Source: an uncultured Chitinophagales bacterium
GTDB lineage: Bacteria; Bacteroidota; Rhodothermia; Balneolales; DATFMH01
Direction of reading: 5' to 3'
Assembly: GCA_964572735.1 (NCBI GenBank)
Contig: CAZNHE010000003.1
Coordinates: 22,407 to 83,368, forward strand
Length of the DNA stretch: 60,962 nucleotides
Each line of letters begins with the position of its first letter. Position 1 is the first letter of the stretch. Under the pieces are notes generated by a model that was not told where the DNA came from, made no database searches, and was given only the letters and a program-made list of their open reading frames with translations. The translations under genes were made by a program, and so were the position numbers. Positions 28,441 through 38,970 of the stretch are shown piece after piece.

Positions 28441-28525
28441 TTGACAGGTGTGAATGATTATTATTATATTTGACCCTTCATTCAGAAATGTGAACCGTAC
28501 AGTCATTTATATGACCATATGGTCA
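28441..28525 (+). promoter_or_regulatory. Promoter and probable TetR operator of the efflux operon
   Basis: TTGACA at 28441; TATATTTG 28465-28472 (TAnnTTTG-type); perfect palindrome TGACCATATGGTCA 28512-28525, with a degenerate copy at 28491-28505. Confidence 0.65.
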
Positions 28526-28568
28526 CTCCAAAGGTTTCTTCCGGTTACGGTTGATTTCAGAATATTTT

Positions 28569-29192
28569 ATGAAAGGCATTCGGGAAAAGAAGAAGAAGCT
28601 ATTAGAAACCCTCACGCGTGAAGGCATCTATGAGGCTGTGGAACAGATCATGGCTGAAGATGGCGTGGAGGGACTGACCATGAGCCGGCTTGCCGAACGG
28701 GCTGGTATCGCCAAGGGAACTATTTATCTGTATTTCAAGGATAAAGATGATCTGATCCGGTCGGCAATGGACCATACGCTTGATCCCCTCAAAGAGGAGG
28801 TGATGAGGATTCTGGAGAGTGATGAAGATCCGGAGGTCATTTTGCAGAAGTATGCCCGGTTTGTCGTTCAGTTTTTCAAGAAGAATCGTTCACGGTTCTC
28901 TGTATTACATTATCGGCTGACCCAGCAGGAAAAGCTCAGCCTTCGTTTTAATCCACGTCAGAAAGAGCATTATGAGCTGTCTGTTCAGAAGATAGCGGCT
29001 GTCATAGAAAAAGGTATTAAAAAAGGCCGGTTCAAAGAGATGGACAGCCTGACGCTGGCCCATATCCTCGTCACTTCTGTCATAACGATCGTTAAGCAAT
29101 ACATGTGTCAGAAGGAAAAAACGGCCCCGAATATTGACGCCAATGCGGATCTGACTATTGAAGTATTCATGAACGGTATTAAAAACCATTAG
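28569..29192 (+). CDS. TetR/AcrR transcriptional regulator
   Basis: HTH motif LTMSRLAERAGIAKGTIYLYFKDK. Confidence 0.93.
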   Translation: MKGIREKKKKLLETLTREGIYEAVEQIMAEDGVEGLTMSRLAERAGIAKGTIYLYFKDKDDLIRSAMDHTLDPLKEEVMRILESDEDPEVILQKYARFVVQFFKKNRSRFSVLHYRLTQQEKLSLRFNPRQKEHYELSVQKIAAVIEKGIKKGRFKEMDSLTLAHILVTSVITIVKQYMCQKEKTAPNIDANADLTIEVFMNGIKNH

Positions 29193-29199
29193 TTAGCTT

Positions 29200-30681
29200 A
29201 TGCATCATAAACCATTATTATTATTGTCAATATCGGCATTGATCGGATTAAGCGGATGTGTTACTTCCAGATCCATCCGCAATGATATTGATACTACGGA
29301 AAGTCAGGCTTACCACGACTGGCAGAGGCAGCAGGCGGTTGCCGACACCCTGCCTGCGAACCGGGAGGTGAATCCGGAAGACTATCATGTGAAGCAGGAT
29401 CAGCAGCCGGTGGTTAAAGGAAAACTGGAATTATCTGATGCGGTCAAGCTGGCCCTGATCTATAACCGGAATATCCAGACAGCCGTGGAAAACACGACCT
29501 ACGCACATGGGCGCATCCTGGAGGCGTACGGCGGCGTGGCTCCCACGGCAACATTAAATGGCTCCTATACCCGGCCTGATAAGGTTACTGCTTTTAGTAT
29601 TAATGGAAACAGGATTCAATTAGGTTACTTCAACAACTATTCTACCGATCTGCGGATTGAGCAGCCGATCATCGACGGTGCCGCTGCAACGGGCCTCCGG
29701 GCGGCGAAACTATATGACGCCCTGGTCGACAAACAGGTGCAAAGCGCGACCCAGAACGTGGTATATCAGGTTGAGCAAAGTTATTATCAGCTTTTGCTCC
29801 TTCAGAAAACGTTTAATGTAAATAAGCAGTTTCTACAGGTTAGCCGCGCGAGTCTGAAAAACGTACAGAACCAGGCCAAATTCGGCACGGCTACCCAGTT
29901 TAATGTTCTGCGCGCACAGGTTGATGTAGCCAATGCCAATACACAGATGATCACGTCTCAAAATGATTTTGAGCAGGCGGAGGCCGCCTTTTTCAAATTG
30001 CTCGGCATTTCACAACACAGCCAGGTGACCTTCCAGGACTCTCTTAATTACAAGAAGATGAACGTCAGTGAGAGCAAGGCAGTGGATATAGCACTCCATA
30101 ATAATCCCGATCTGGCAAGCAGCCTGCTGAATGTGCGTTTGAATGAGGCTAATGTTGCGGCAAGTTATGCCAAATACCTGCCCACACTGAGCGCCTACTT
30201 TGATCAGACGTATGCCAAACCGGATCCGCACGTTTCCCAGATAGATGAATGGGGATATGCCTGGAACGTCGGTTTGACTCTTAAATGGAACCTTTTTGAC
30301 CTCTCGCGGGAAGGAACCATCATTCAGAACAAATCACAACTCCGCCAGCAGCGACTGAGCTATCTGGATGAGCAGGAACAGGTTCTTTATAATGTACGCA
30401 GCGCCATTCTGGCACTCAAAAATGCCGAACGCTCGGTAAATGCCCAGAAACTGACCCTTCAGCAGGCACAAGAAGGACTCCGGCTTTCTCAGGCGGAATT
30501 CAAAAACGGAACGATCGATCAGGTATCGGTCCTGGATGCACGGCAGGCTTTGAGGCAGGCCGAGCTATCCTATTATACCAGCCTGTATGACCACAATGTC
30601 GCCAGATTACAGCTTTTGAAAGCAACCGGTCAGATCAGGATAAAGAAGGCTTCTTCCGACAATAGCGAAAGCAAACCGTAA
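29200..30681 (+). CDS. TolC-family outer-membrane efflux lipoprotein
   Basis: Lipobox LSG-C; two OEP repeats (ALIYN, ALHNNP, YLPTLS); operon context. Confidence 0.9.
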   Translation: MHHKPLLLLSISALIGLSGCVTSRSIRNDIDTTESQAYHDWQRQQAVADTLPANREVNPEDYHVKQDQQPVVKGKLELSDAVKLALIYNRNIQTAVENTTYAHGRILEAYGGVAPTATLNGSYTRPDKVTAFSINGNRIQLGYFNNYSTDLRIEQPIIDGAAATGLRAAKLYDALVDKQVQSATQNVVYQVEQSYYQLLLLQKTFNVNKQFLQVSRASLKNVQNQAKFGTATQFNVLRAQVDVANANTQMITSQNDFEQAEAAFFKLLGISQHSQVTFQDSLNYKKMNVSESKAVDIALHNNPDLASSLLNVRLNEANVAASYAKYLPTLSAYFDQTYAKPDPHVSQIDEWGYAWNVGLTLKWNLFDLSREGTIIQNKSQLRQQRLSYLDEQEQVLYNVRSAILALKNAERSVNAQKLTLQQAQEGLRLSQAEFKNGTIDQVSVLDARQALRQAELSYYTSLYDHNVARLQLLKATGQIRIKKASSDNSESKP

Positions 30682-30717
30682 TAAATTTTATAAAAAGCTT
30701 TTAGATAACAGTAAGTT

Positions 30718-33700
30718 ATGTGGCTCTCAAACACTGCTATAAAACGCCCCGTCACGACCATCATTATTATGGGCGCTTTGTTGATATTCGGCTACATGTC
30801 GTTCTCGCGCATGGGGATCGACCAGTTTCCCGAAATTGACTTTCCGGTTGTGACCGTTACAACCAGCTATCCGGGCGCCAGTCCGGAAGTGATGGACCAG
30901 GAAGTGACCAACACCCTGGAGGAACAGATTAACACGATTGCCGGGATCAAGAACATCTCTTCCCAGAGTTATGACGGGCTTTCATTGGTGGTCGTACAGT
31001 TTGTGCTCTCGAAGGATGCCAATGTTGCAGCGGCTGAAGTCCGTGCCAAGGTAGAGCTGGCCAAGCAGGATCTGCCGACCGATATTCAGCCTCCTATCGT
31101 GCAGAAACTGGATGTCAATTCCAGCCCGATCGTCTGGATTTCAGTATCCGGGAAGGTTCCCTATCTGCAGTTATCGCAATATGCGGATAAAACGCTTAAG
31201 GAACAGTTACAAACCGTCAGTGGAGTAGGGAATATTGAAGTGGCCGGCTTACGGGAACGGGAAATCCGGGTCTGGGTTAAGCCGAAAGAGCTGTATGCGC
31301 GCGGTCTTACTGCTATGGATGTGGTAAATGCCATCCAGAGCAATCACCTGCAACTGCCGGCCGGGCGTATTGAAGAACCGCAGAAAGAATATACCATCAA
31401 GGTGCAGGGAGAATACCTGACGCCCCAGGCTCTGGAAAACCTGGTTGTCAAAAGCGTGAATGGCAAAACGGTTTATTTGAAAGATGTGGCCAAGGTGGAA
31501 ACGGGCACCGAAGATTTTCGAACCATTGCACATTTTAACGGGGTTCCGACCATCGGTTTGGGGGTTCGGAAACAAACAGGTTCCAATACGGTGGCCGTAG
31601 CCCAGGCGGTCAGAGCCAAGCTTAAAACACTGGCGGCTCATACTCCGGAGGGGATCAAGGTTCAGATCGCCACCGATAATTCCCGGTTCATCCTTAAGTC
31701 AATCGACGGCGCCGAATTCGATATTCTCCTGGGAGTGATCCTTACCGCTCTGGTTATGTTCTTTTTCCTGCGAAACCTGCGTGTTACACTCATCAGTGTG
31801 GTTTCAATCCCCATCTCGCTGATCGGTGGTTTCATCATTATGAATGCACTGGATTTTACGGTCAACGACCTGACGATGCTCGCCATGTCTCTGGCGGTCG
31901 GTCTGGTGATTGACGATACTATTGTGGTATTGGAGAACATATTCAGGCATGTGGAAGGAGGGCAGGACAGTACGACGGCGGCCCAGGTAGGTACCAGCGA
32001 AGTAGGATTTGCCGTGCTTGCTGCCACTTCGTCGGTAGTGGCCGTGTTCCTCCCGGTCGCCTTTATGAAAGGGATCATCGGCCGGTTTTTCTTCCAGTTC
32101 GGGATGGCTGTTGCCGTCACCGTGACAATTTCGCTGTTTGTATCTTTCACCCTGACTCCTTATTTGTGCTCACGTGTTCTTCGGCATGAAAGAAAGCGCA
32201 GCAGGTTTTACATGGCTCTCGGAAGGTTCTTTGACCGGCTGGAAGAGAGATATATCATCATACTCAGATGGGGAACGCGGCACCGCTGGAGCATCATCGG
32301 GGTTGCCGTGGCAACATTTATTATCGGGATGTCGCTGTTGCCTTTTATCGGCTCTGAATTCGTTCCGAAATCCGACGAGTCTCGGTTCCGTATCAGTATA
32401 GAAATGCCCACGGGGATATCCGTCGACGCGATGAATCAGCAATTGTACAAAGTTGAAAGCACGTTGTTTAAATATCCGCAGGTTAAAAGCATTTTTTCTT
32501 CGGTAGGCAGCGGGGCCAGCCAGGAAGTGAATAAGGGCGGATTTTATGTTGAACTGGTCCCTAAAGATGACCGGGATCTCAGCCAGCAACAGATGATGGC
32601 GAAGGTGCGGCAGGAGCTTATAAGCAAATTCCCCGATATGAGAATTGCTGTTGAACCGATATCCAATGCCGGAGGCGGAGGCGGGCGCCAGGCCGATGTT
32701 CAGCTCATCATTCAGGGGCCGGATATTCAGAAGCTGGCTCAGATCAGTAATAGTGCGATGAAGGATCTGAAAGAAGACGGCAGATTCGTTGATATCGACA
32801 CTGATTTGCGCCTGGATAAGCCGGACGTCGACGTGAATATCGATCGTGACCTTGCCTATGACCTGGGCGTGAATGTCCGGAGCATATCCAATGAAATTTA
32901 CGCCCTGTTTGGGGGAAATGATGTGGCCAAGTACACCTACAACGGGTATCGCTACAAGATCCGGGTAAAAGCACAGGGAGACTTCCGGGATCAGCCGCGG
33001 AATATCGAAGACATCGAAGTTCGCAGCGATAGCGGGAAAATGATCAAGGCGGCAAACCTGGTCAATTATGAGGTGGGCGAAGGGCCCAGTTCGGTGAACC
33101 GTTATGATCGTATTCATGCTGTGAACCTGTATGTCAATACCACCAGCGCCATTTCAGCGGGCGAAGCTTTGGAAGTGGTGGAGAACGATGTTCAGAAATA
33201 CATGCCCAAAAATGGAGAATATATGATTTCCCTGGGCGGACAGAGCCAGAATATGCAGGAATCCTTTGGTTACATGTTACAGGCGCTGCTTATAGCCATC
33301 CTGGTCATTTATATGATTCTTGCCATCCAGTTTGAGTCGTTTGTTCATCCATTCACAATTATGATATCGCTGCCGCTGACGATGATCGGAGTTTTTGGAG
33401 GGCTGCTGATCGCCGGTTCAACACTGAATATCTTTTCCTTTATCGGGGTCATCATGCTCGTTGGTCTGGTTGTTAAGAACGCGATTCTGCTGGTTGACGT
33501 CGCCAACCAGCAGCGTGCAGCCGGCAAGGACAAGGTAGAGGCGATCGTTATAGCCGGCCGGTTGCGGTTGCGCCCGATTCTGATGACGGCTTTTGCCATT
33601 ATTTTCGCTCTTCTGCCGGTAGCCCTGGCTCTGAGTGAAGGCGGTGAATCGCGCCAGCCGTTAGGGGTTGCGGTCGTTGGAGGGTTGTTTACTTCCACCT

Positions 33701-33801
33701 TCCTGACCCTCCTGATCATTCCGATCATATATCTGATGTTCGACAATGCCGCTGAATGGGTCAGGAATTCGTTTAAGAAAGACAAAAAAGAACGCTCATA
33801 A
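30718..33801 (+). CDS. RND efflux permease (AcrB/MdtBC-like)
   Basis: AIKRPV, YPGASPE, GLVIDDTIVVLENI, VKNAILLVD and RLRPILMT motifs. Confidence 0.96.
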   Translation: MWLSNTAIKRPVTTIIIMGALLIFGYMSFSRMGIDQFPEIDFPVVTVTTSYPGASPEVMDQEVTNTLEEQINTIAGIKNISSQSYDGLSLVVVQFVLSKDANVAAAEVRAKVELAKQDLPTDIQPPIVQKLDVNSSPIVWISVSGKVPYLQLSQYADKTLKEQLQTVSGVGNIEVAGLREREIRVWVKPKELYARGLTAMDVVNAIQSNHLQLPAGRIEEPQKEYTIKVQGEYLTPQALENLVVKSVNGKTVYLKDVAKVETGTEDFRTIAHFNGVPTIGLGVRKQTGSNTVAVAQAVRAKLKTLAAHTPEGIKVQIATDNSRFILKSIDGAEFDILLGVILTALVMFFFLRNLRVTLISVVSIPISLIGGFIIMNALDFTVNDLTMLAMSLAVGLVIDDTIVVLENIFRHVEGGQDSTTAAQVGTSEVGFAVLAATSSVVAVFLPVAFMKGIIGRFFFQFGMAVAVTVTISLFVSFTLTPYLCSRVLRHERKRSRFYMALGRFFDRLEERYIIILRWGTRHRWSIIGVAVATFIIGMSLLPFIGSEFVPKSDESRFRISIEMPTGISVDAMNQQLYKVESTLFKYPQVKSIFSSVGSGASQEVNKGGFYVELVPKDDRDLSQQQMMAKVRQELISKFPDMRIAVEPISNAGGGGGRQADVQLIIQGPDIQKLAQISNSAMKDLKEDGRFVDIDTDLRLDKPDVDVNIDRDLAYDLGVNVRSISNEIYALFGGNDVAKYTYNGYRYKIRVKAQGDFRDQPRNIEDIEVRSDSGKMIKAANLVNYEVGEGPSSVNRYDRIHAVNLYVNTTSAISAGEALEVVENDVQKYMPKNGEYMISLGGQSQNMQESFGYMLQALLIAILVIYMILAIQFESFVHPFTIMISLPLTMIGVFGGLLIAGSTLNIFSFIGVIMLVGLVVKNAILLVDVANQQRAAGKDKVEAIVIAGRLRLRPILMTAFAIIFALLPVALALSEGGESRQPLGVAVVGGLFTSTFLTLLIIPIIYLMFDNAAEWVRNSFKKDKKERS

Positions 33802-33812
33802 TCTTTATTCCA

Positions 33813-34958
33813 ATGAACAAGACCAATAATTTTATTTCAAAGTGGATGAAAAGGGGGATTATTCCGCTTGCATTGACTGCGTCACTCTTCCTGATAAGTG
33901 GCTGTGGCTCCAAGAAGGCGGAAGATTCTCCTGCGTCAGCTCAATCTTCGTTTCGTCCGGATACCCTGACGGTAGAAGCCGTTGAGGTACAACCGCATAG
34001 CTTTAACAGAGACATCCAGTCGACAGGCACCCTGGTAGCCAAGCGTCATGCGCAGCTGCGAAGCCTGGTTTCCGGAAGGATCGTGGACGTAAATGCCGAT
34101 ATTGGCGACTTCGTCAAAAAGGGAGCCGTGTTGATGCAGATCCGCAAAGTTGATTACCAGCTTTCCTTTGAGCAGGCCCAGGCCGCGCTGAGCCAGGCAA
34201 AAGCGCAATACGACATTGCCAAACAAGATTACGATCGCATGAAGAACCTGTACCGTGCCGGCTCGGCAACGACCCAGCAACGTGATCAGGCACGCTCGAC
34301 TTTTGAACAGGCCCAGGCTAAATTAAAGCAGGCTCAGGCCGCCCGCGATATCGCCAAACAAAAACTGGATGATACGACAATCAGAGCTCCTTATTCCGGA
34401 TTCATTACAAAGCGGTATAAGATGCAGGGCGGGTACGTCGATGTCGGAAACGAGGTCTTTGATATCACCGATCTCTCGGTTTTGGAAGCAGAGATGGATC
34501 TGCCTGAAGAATATGCGGGTATGATCTCACCAGGATTAAAAGGAGAGATCAGCTTCCTGTCCAATTTTCATTCCGTTGAAGGCACCGTGACCAAGGTGAA
34601 CCCAAGTATTGATACGGATACACGTACCTTTACTATTAAAGTACAGGTGAAGAATCCTGATTTTACGCTTCCTGACGGACTCTTCTGTACGGGTTCTTTT
34701 GTGCTGCCTCCGCTTAAAGGCCAACCGGCTGTTCCCAGGGAGGCCCTTGGCGAGAAAGAAGGCCAGGCTGTCGTCTGGGTTATTAAGGACGGGAAAGCCC
34801 GGGAACGGCAGGTGCATAAAGGTCTTACCGATGGAGACTGGGTGATGATCAACAACGGTGTAAAGATCGGGGAAACCGTTGCCGTTTCCGGATTAACCGT
34901 ATTGATTGATGGCTATCCCGTTCGTGTGAGGAAAGGCAACGAGACGGCCATGCGATAA
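33813..34958 (+). CDS. RND periplasmic adaptor (MFP) lipoprotein
   Basis: Lipobox ISG-C; lipoyl half-motifs SGRIV..GDFVKKG and IRAPYSG; TRTF. Confidence 0.93.
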   Translation: MNKTNNFISKWMKRGIIPLALTASLFLISGCGSKKAEDSPASAQSSFRPDTLTVEAVEVQPHSFNRDIQSTGTLVAKRHAQLRSLVSGRIVDVNADIGDFVKKGAVLMQIRKVDYQLSFEQAQAALSQAKAQYDIAKQDYDRMKNLYRAGSATTQQRDQARSTFEQAQAKLKQAQAARDIAKQKLDDTTIRAPYSGFITKRYKMQGGYVDVGNEVFDITDLSVLEAEMDLPEEYAGMISPGLKGEISFLSNFHSVEGTVTKVNPSIDTDTRTFTIKVQVKNPDFTLPDGLFCTGSFVLPPLKGQPAVPREALGEKEGQAVVWVIKDGKARERQVHKGLTDGDWVMINNGVKIGETVAVSGLTVLIDGYPVRVRKGNETAMR

Positions 34959-34992
34959 GTAAGAGATGATTTAAGAGAGCACGCTTTCCCTT

Positions 34993-35030
34993 AAAGCCGT
35001 TTCCGGATTGCCGGAAGCGGCTTTTTTATT
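34993..35030 (+). terminator. Rho-independent terminator
   Basis: AAAGCCGTTTCCGG-attg-CCGGAAGCGGCTTTTTT. Confidence 0.85.
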
Positions 35031-35155
35031 ACAGGAGGCCCTGTACGAAATATTACGTGGCTGAAGGAGCCGCACAACGTCTGGCCTGCGAAGGAATGTC
35101 TCCATAAAAGCTGTTAGTGATTCCGGTCGTATATTCAAAGGCGTACTTTTCGACC

Positions 35156-35180
35156 TGAACCTTTTTCAGTATCATCCGTA
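35156..35180 (+). promoter_or_regulatory. Possible ECF-sigma (SigW/RpoE-like) promoter
   Basis: TGAAC-N16-CGTA, about 45 bp upstream of the DUF4097 gene. Confidence 0.45.
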
Positions 35181-35223
35181 TAAAATTCAAGGTAACTACT
35201 TTCGAAATTTATGGCTGGAAACT

Positions 35224-36156
35224 ATGAAAGCAACGATCTGTTATTCTGCAGGTATCTTATTCCTGGTCTATACATTTCTCGTGACCCCGGGGATTTTTTC
35301 ACATCGTTTTTTCTCTTTGGGTAATAAAACGCCCTACCTGACCAGGGAATTTACCGTCAGCGTTCCTGCGAAGCTGAAGGTTGCGACATCGGGCGGATCC
35401 ATCAGGGTGGAAGACCGGGATGGGAATAGGATCAGGGTTGAAATGTATGTTCAGAAGCATGGTCGGTATTACCAGAAGGGCGATATTGATCTGAGCAATT
35501 ATGAGATAGAGATAGATCAGGACGGTTCACAGGTCAATGCGATTGCCCATCGCAAAAGGGGTAGCCGGAGAAACAATCCGTCCATCAGTTTTGTGGTCTA
35601 TGTGCCTGCCCAAACGAGCTGTAACCTGAATACCAGCGGAGGATCGATTTCCCTGTCGGGCGTTCAGGGAACGCAGGATGCCCGTACCAGTGGCGGAAGC
35701 ATTGAACTGGATCATGCGAAGGGAACCGTCAGCCTGCGGACTTCAGGAGGATCGTTAGATATTAGCGATGTTGAAGGAAATATTAGTGGAAAGACCAGCG
35801 GAGGCTCGATCAATGTATCTGACGGATCCGGAACATTGTATCTCCGGACTTCCGGCGGAAACGTCCATCTGGAAAAAGTGAGCGGCAGCATCAGCGCGCA
35901 CACCAGCGGCGGCAACATCCACGCCGGGGTCACCAGGCTGACAGGCGATCTGGATTTGCGCACCAGCGGCGGTAATGTCGTCGCGAATCTCCCGGACAAT
36001 CAGGGTTTCAACCTGAATGCGCGGGGTTCTTTTGTGGACACTAACGTGAAAGACTTCTCGGGGTCGCTTCACCGCGATTGGATTGACGGAAAAGTGAAAG
36101 GCGGAGGACCTGAAGTAACTCTACAAACCTCGGGAGGTTATGTTAAAATCAAGTGA
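35224..36156 (+). CDS. DUF4097 beta-strand repeat protein
   Basis: Nine TSGG motifs, mostly with a 19-aa period; N-terminal hydrophobic segment. Confidence 0.88.
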   Translation: MKATICYSAGILFLVYTFLVTPGIFSHRFFSLGNKTPYLTREFTVSVPAKLKVATSGGSIRVEDRDGNRIRVEMYVQKHGRYYQKGDIDLSNYEIEIDQDGSQVNAIAHRKRGSRRNNPSISFVVYVPAQTSCNLNTSGGSISLSGVQGTQDARTSGGSIELDHAKGTVSLRTSGGSLDISDVEGNISGKTSGGSINVSDGSGTLYLRTSGGNVHLEKVSGSISAHTSGGNIHAGVTRLTGDLDLRTSGGNVVANLPDNQGFNLNARGSFVDTNVKDFSGSLHRDWIDGKVKGGGPEVTLQTSGGYVKIK

Positions 36157-36218
36157 CTGTCGGAGATCAGTGGGGTGTCGTCTGGCATTGACAGTTATTC
36201 CTTATTGTTTGTGGATGA

Positions 36219-37103
36219 TCAACCGGCCCATGCTTTGATTCCAAGCGCAATAACCATTAGAATCATGCCGATTCCTGCAATCGGAGTCGGCTGCTCGTTT
36301 AATTGAATCCAGGAAGCAACGACCCCGATCACCGGGACGATCAAAACGGAAAAGCTGCTTACGTTTGCCGGAAGACGTTGTAAGAGGTAATACCATAGTA
36401 TCCAGGCCACGGCAGTTGCTGCTATAATGTTAAAGAGGATGGCCAGGACGAGAACGCCATTCCATTGAATGGCTGCCTGGGGCAGAATAAACGCAGCGAT
36501 GATGATCAGCGGCAGACCGAAAATCATCTGCCAGCCCGTTACTGAGAGTAATTCTTTCATCCCACTGATGGGTATTTTCCTGAACACGATCACACTTGCT
36601 CCCCATGACAAACCTGATGCAATACCGAGCATATTATCAAGCAGATGGCCGCCGGTATTCCACGGACTTATAATCAGTATGAGGCCGGCAAAAGCTAATA
36701 AGACAGCCAGCCATTGCCGGCCTCTAATATATTCTCCCAGAAAAGGGCCCGACAGCAAAATCACCCAGAAGGGCATACTGTAGGCAAAGACAGCGTTTTT
36801 CCCCGCTTCACCGTGAGCTACTGCCCAGGAGATCAGTCCGACGAAGCCGGATGTCTGCAGCAGGCCAAGCAACAGAACCCGACCGGGAAATCTGATCTTT
36901 ATAGGCCCTCCGCTTATAAGAACGGCCAGTAATAATACCACTCCTCCCCCGCCGGCCCGTATGAGAGCGAAATACATGGAGGGACAGTACTGCATAGCGA
37001 TTTTCATTACCACCCAGTTGTACCCCCACATAAGGGCTAAAAAGATGAAGGCAATCAAAGGCCCTTTGGATAAAGAAAAGGAAGATTCTGTTGTTTCCGA
37101 CAT
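36219..37103 (-). CDS. EamA/DMT family transporter
   Basis: MWGYNW and LGE motifs; 10 TM segments in two repeats. Confidence 0.9.
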   Translation of the reverse strand: MSETTESSFSLSKGPLIAFIFLALMWGYNWVVMKIAMQYCPSMYFALIRAGGGGVVLLLAVLISGGPIKIRFPGRVLLLGLLQTSGFVGLISWAVAHGEAGKNAVFAYSMPFWVILLSGPFLGEYIRGRQWLAVLLAFAGLILIISPWNTGGHLLDNMLGIASGLSWGASVIVFRKIPISGMKELLSVTGWQMIFGLPLIIIAAFILPQAAIQWNGVLVLAILFNIIAATAVAWILWYYLLQRLPANVSSFSVLIVPVIGVVASWIQLNEQPTPIAGIGMILMVIALGIKAWAG

Positions 37104-37277
37104 GGGAAGTTAACTTATCGTAAAGAAGCAGGATTAACATCCTTCTTACGCAGGTGCTTTTCCGGTTCCGGCTTTCAGATGGACCGGATAGCATCATAAA
37201 GGCGAATATCTCTCCTGCCGAAAGGATAATATTTTATCCTTTTGCCCGGTTTCGCTTACACTGTGGGAGGAAGTCAT

Positions 37278-37324
37278 AAAAAAACTGCTTTGCCACCCTT
37301 GTTCCTGGATAACAAAGCAGTTTT
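37278..37324 (-). terminator. Terminator of the respiratory operon
   Basis: AAAACTGCTTTG...CAAAGCAGTTTT stem; the A7 run gives a U-tract on the minus strand. Confidence 0.55.
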
Positions 37325-37357
37325 CAATCCGATACAGGAGATCTGAAAAGCTGCAGA

Positions 37358-38791
37358 CTATGGATCCAAATGTTCCAGTCGCAGGCGTGCGTCGTGATTG
37401 CGTGTGCGCGTTTGAAGGAAAGCTACCAGGTCGTGCAGTTGTTGGGTAGTTAAGGTTCCGCCAAATGCCGGCATGGCACCGCCGCCATTCACGATTTGGA
37501 TCGTTAATTGCTGGGCCGTCATCTTATCGCCTATATAGGTGAGATTGGGGCCATGGCCGCCCCCCTGTCCTCTTATCTCATGACAATACTGGCATCCTTC
37601 CTGTAAAAATAACTGTTGTCCGCGTTGAGCGGCTGGTCCGTCGTCGGCAACCAGAGAGACCGGCAATGGCTTGGTATCGAAAGCCGGTGCCCATGGCGTA
37701 ATTTCTCCTAATATTAACAACGAAGTGACGATGACGACCACAGTTGCCGCTCCGGCCACCGCCCAGGGCCGTTTTATCGGATGACGTTCACCTTTGTTGG
37801 CAAGGAAAGGCACGGAAAATAATATGAGTGCTGTGAACAGAGGTCCCAGAATAATAACATAAGACTCCATCGCCGGAGGAGACAATGCAAAAATGGAGTC
37901 AGCCCAAACCAGGTACCAGTCCGGTAGCGGCATTACCTCAATACTGGAGGGATCGGGCGGACCTCCCAGAGCAGGGGGACCGATGTACACGGCAAACAAA
38001 ACGATGGCAGCAAGCACGGCGACGCTAAACGTGATATCCCGCCAGGCGGCATCCGGGAAAAAGGGTACTCCTTCCTTTTTCAACATGGATTCGTACCACT
38101 TACGGTAGGTCTTGGGATCCACCGGCCGTCCGGCCTTTGGAGGCTCGGAAATGCCGTTGCGAAGGACAAGAAACAGGTGTAACCCCAGTACTCCGAACAA
38201 CAGAGCGGGCAAAATAAACACATGGAAATCGAAGAAACGGCTGAGTGTTTGTCCGCCTACTGTCTGTCCTCCCAGGAGAAACCGCGCAAGAAAAGTTCCA
38301 AAGACGGGAGAGCGGCTGGCTTGTTCGGCACCGACCACGATTGTCCAGATTGCATTGTCGTCGAATCGCAACAATTGTCCCGTGAATCCCATTCCGAGGG
38401 TCAGCCCAAGCAGGACGACTCCGGTGATCCAGCTCATTTCCCGGGGAAATTTGTAGGCTGCGAAGATGTATACCCGGATCATGTGGATCGCCATGAAAAG
38501 TATCATGGCAGAAGCGCCCCAATAATGGATGCCACGCAGGATACCACCTAATGGAACTTTGTTATCGATGTATTGGAGGGAAGCGTAGGCCGTCCCCGAT
38601 GACGGCTGGTATAACATGGCAAGGGAAATACCCGTAATCACCTGTATGATCAGACAGGTAAGCGTGGCCGTTCCAAACACATACCACCATTTCGCGCCTG
38701 GTGGTGCCGGGTGAGTGAGCATAGGAGCAACCAGTTCTCCTATACCGGTACGATCGTCAAACCAGGCCCATGCTTTTTTCAATGATTTCAT
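37358..38791 (-). CDS. qcrB: Cytochrome b with fused subunit IV region and C-terminal c-type cytochrome
   Basis: Four His ligands (RGIHYWGAS..IHM, FHVF..LHL); PFFP; Qo motif PDWY; CQYCH plus MPAF. Confidence 0.9.
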   Translation of the reverse strand: MKSLKKAWAWFDDRTGIGELVAPMLTHPAPPGAKWWYVFGTATLTCLIIQVITGISLAMLYQPSSGTAYASLQYIDNKVPLGGILRGIHYWGASAMILFMAIHMIRVYIFAAYKFPREMSWITGVVLLGLTLGMGFTGQLLRFDDNAIWTIVVGAEQASRSPVFGTFLARFLLGGQTVGGQTLSRFFDFHVFILPALLFGVLGLHLFLVLRNGISEPPKAGRPVDPKTYRKWYESMLKKEGVPFFPDAAWRDITFSVAVLAAIVLFAVYIGPPALGGPPDPSSIEVMPLPDWYLVWADSIFALSPPAMESYVIILGPLFTALILFSVPFLANKGERHPIKRPWAVAGAATVVVIVTSLLILGEITPWAPAFDTKPLPVSLVADDGPAAQRGQQLFLQEGCQYCHEIRGQGGGHGPNLTYIGDKMTAQQLTIQIVNGGGAMPAFGGTLTTQQLHDLVAFLQTRTRNHDARLRLEHLDP

Positions 38792-38970
38792 CTTGGATTT
38801 TATCTCAATAAATATTATTTCCTATACGCAATAATTCGATCCTGCCTGCTTCTATGAAAGAATAAATGCCGGTTTCCCTCTGCAGATCCGATGATTCATC
38901 TTTTCTTCCAAAACAGATGCCCAATCTTTTGTTGTGGTAGCCACGGATCCAATCCATTCTTTCCGCCATT

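Noticed and set aside
35620..35980. 57-bp-period ACCAGCGG repeats
   Set aside because: They encode the TSGG repeats of the DUF4097 protein; not a CRISPR array or DNA-level repeat
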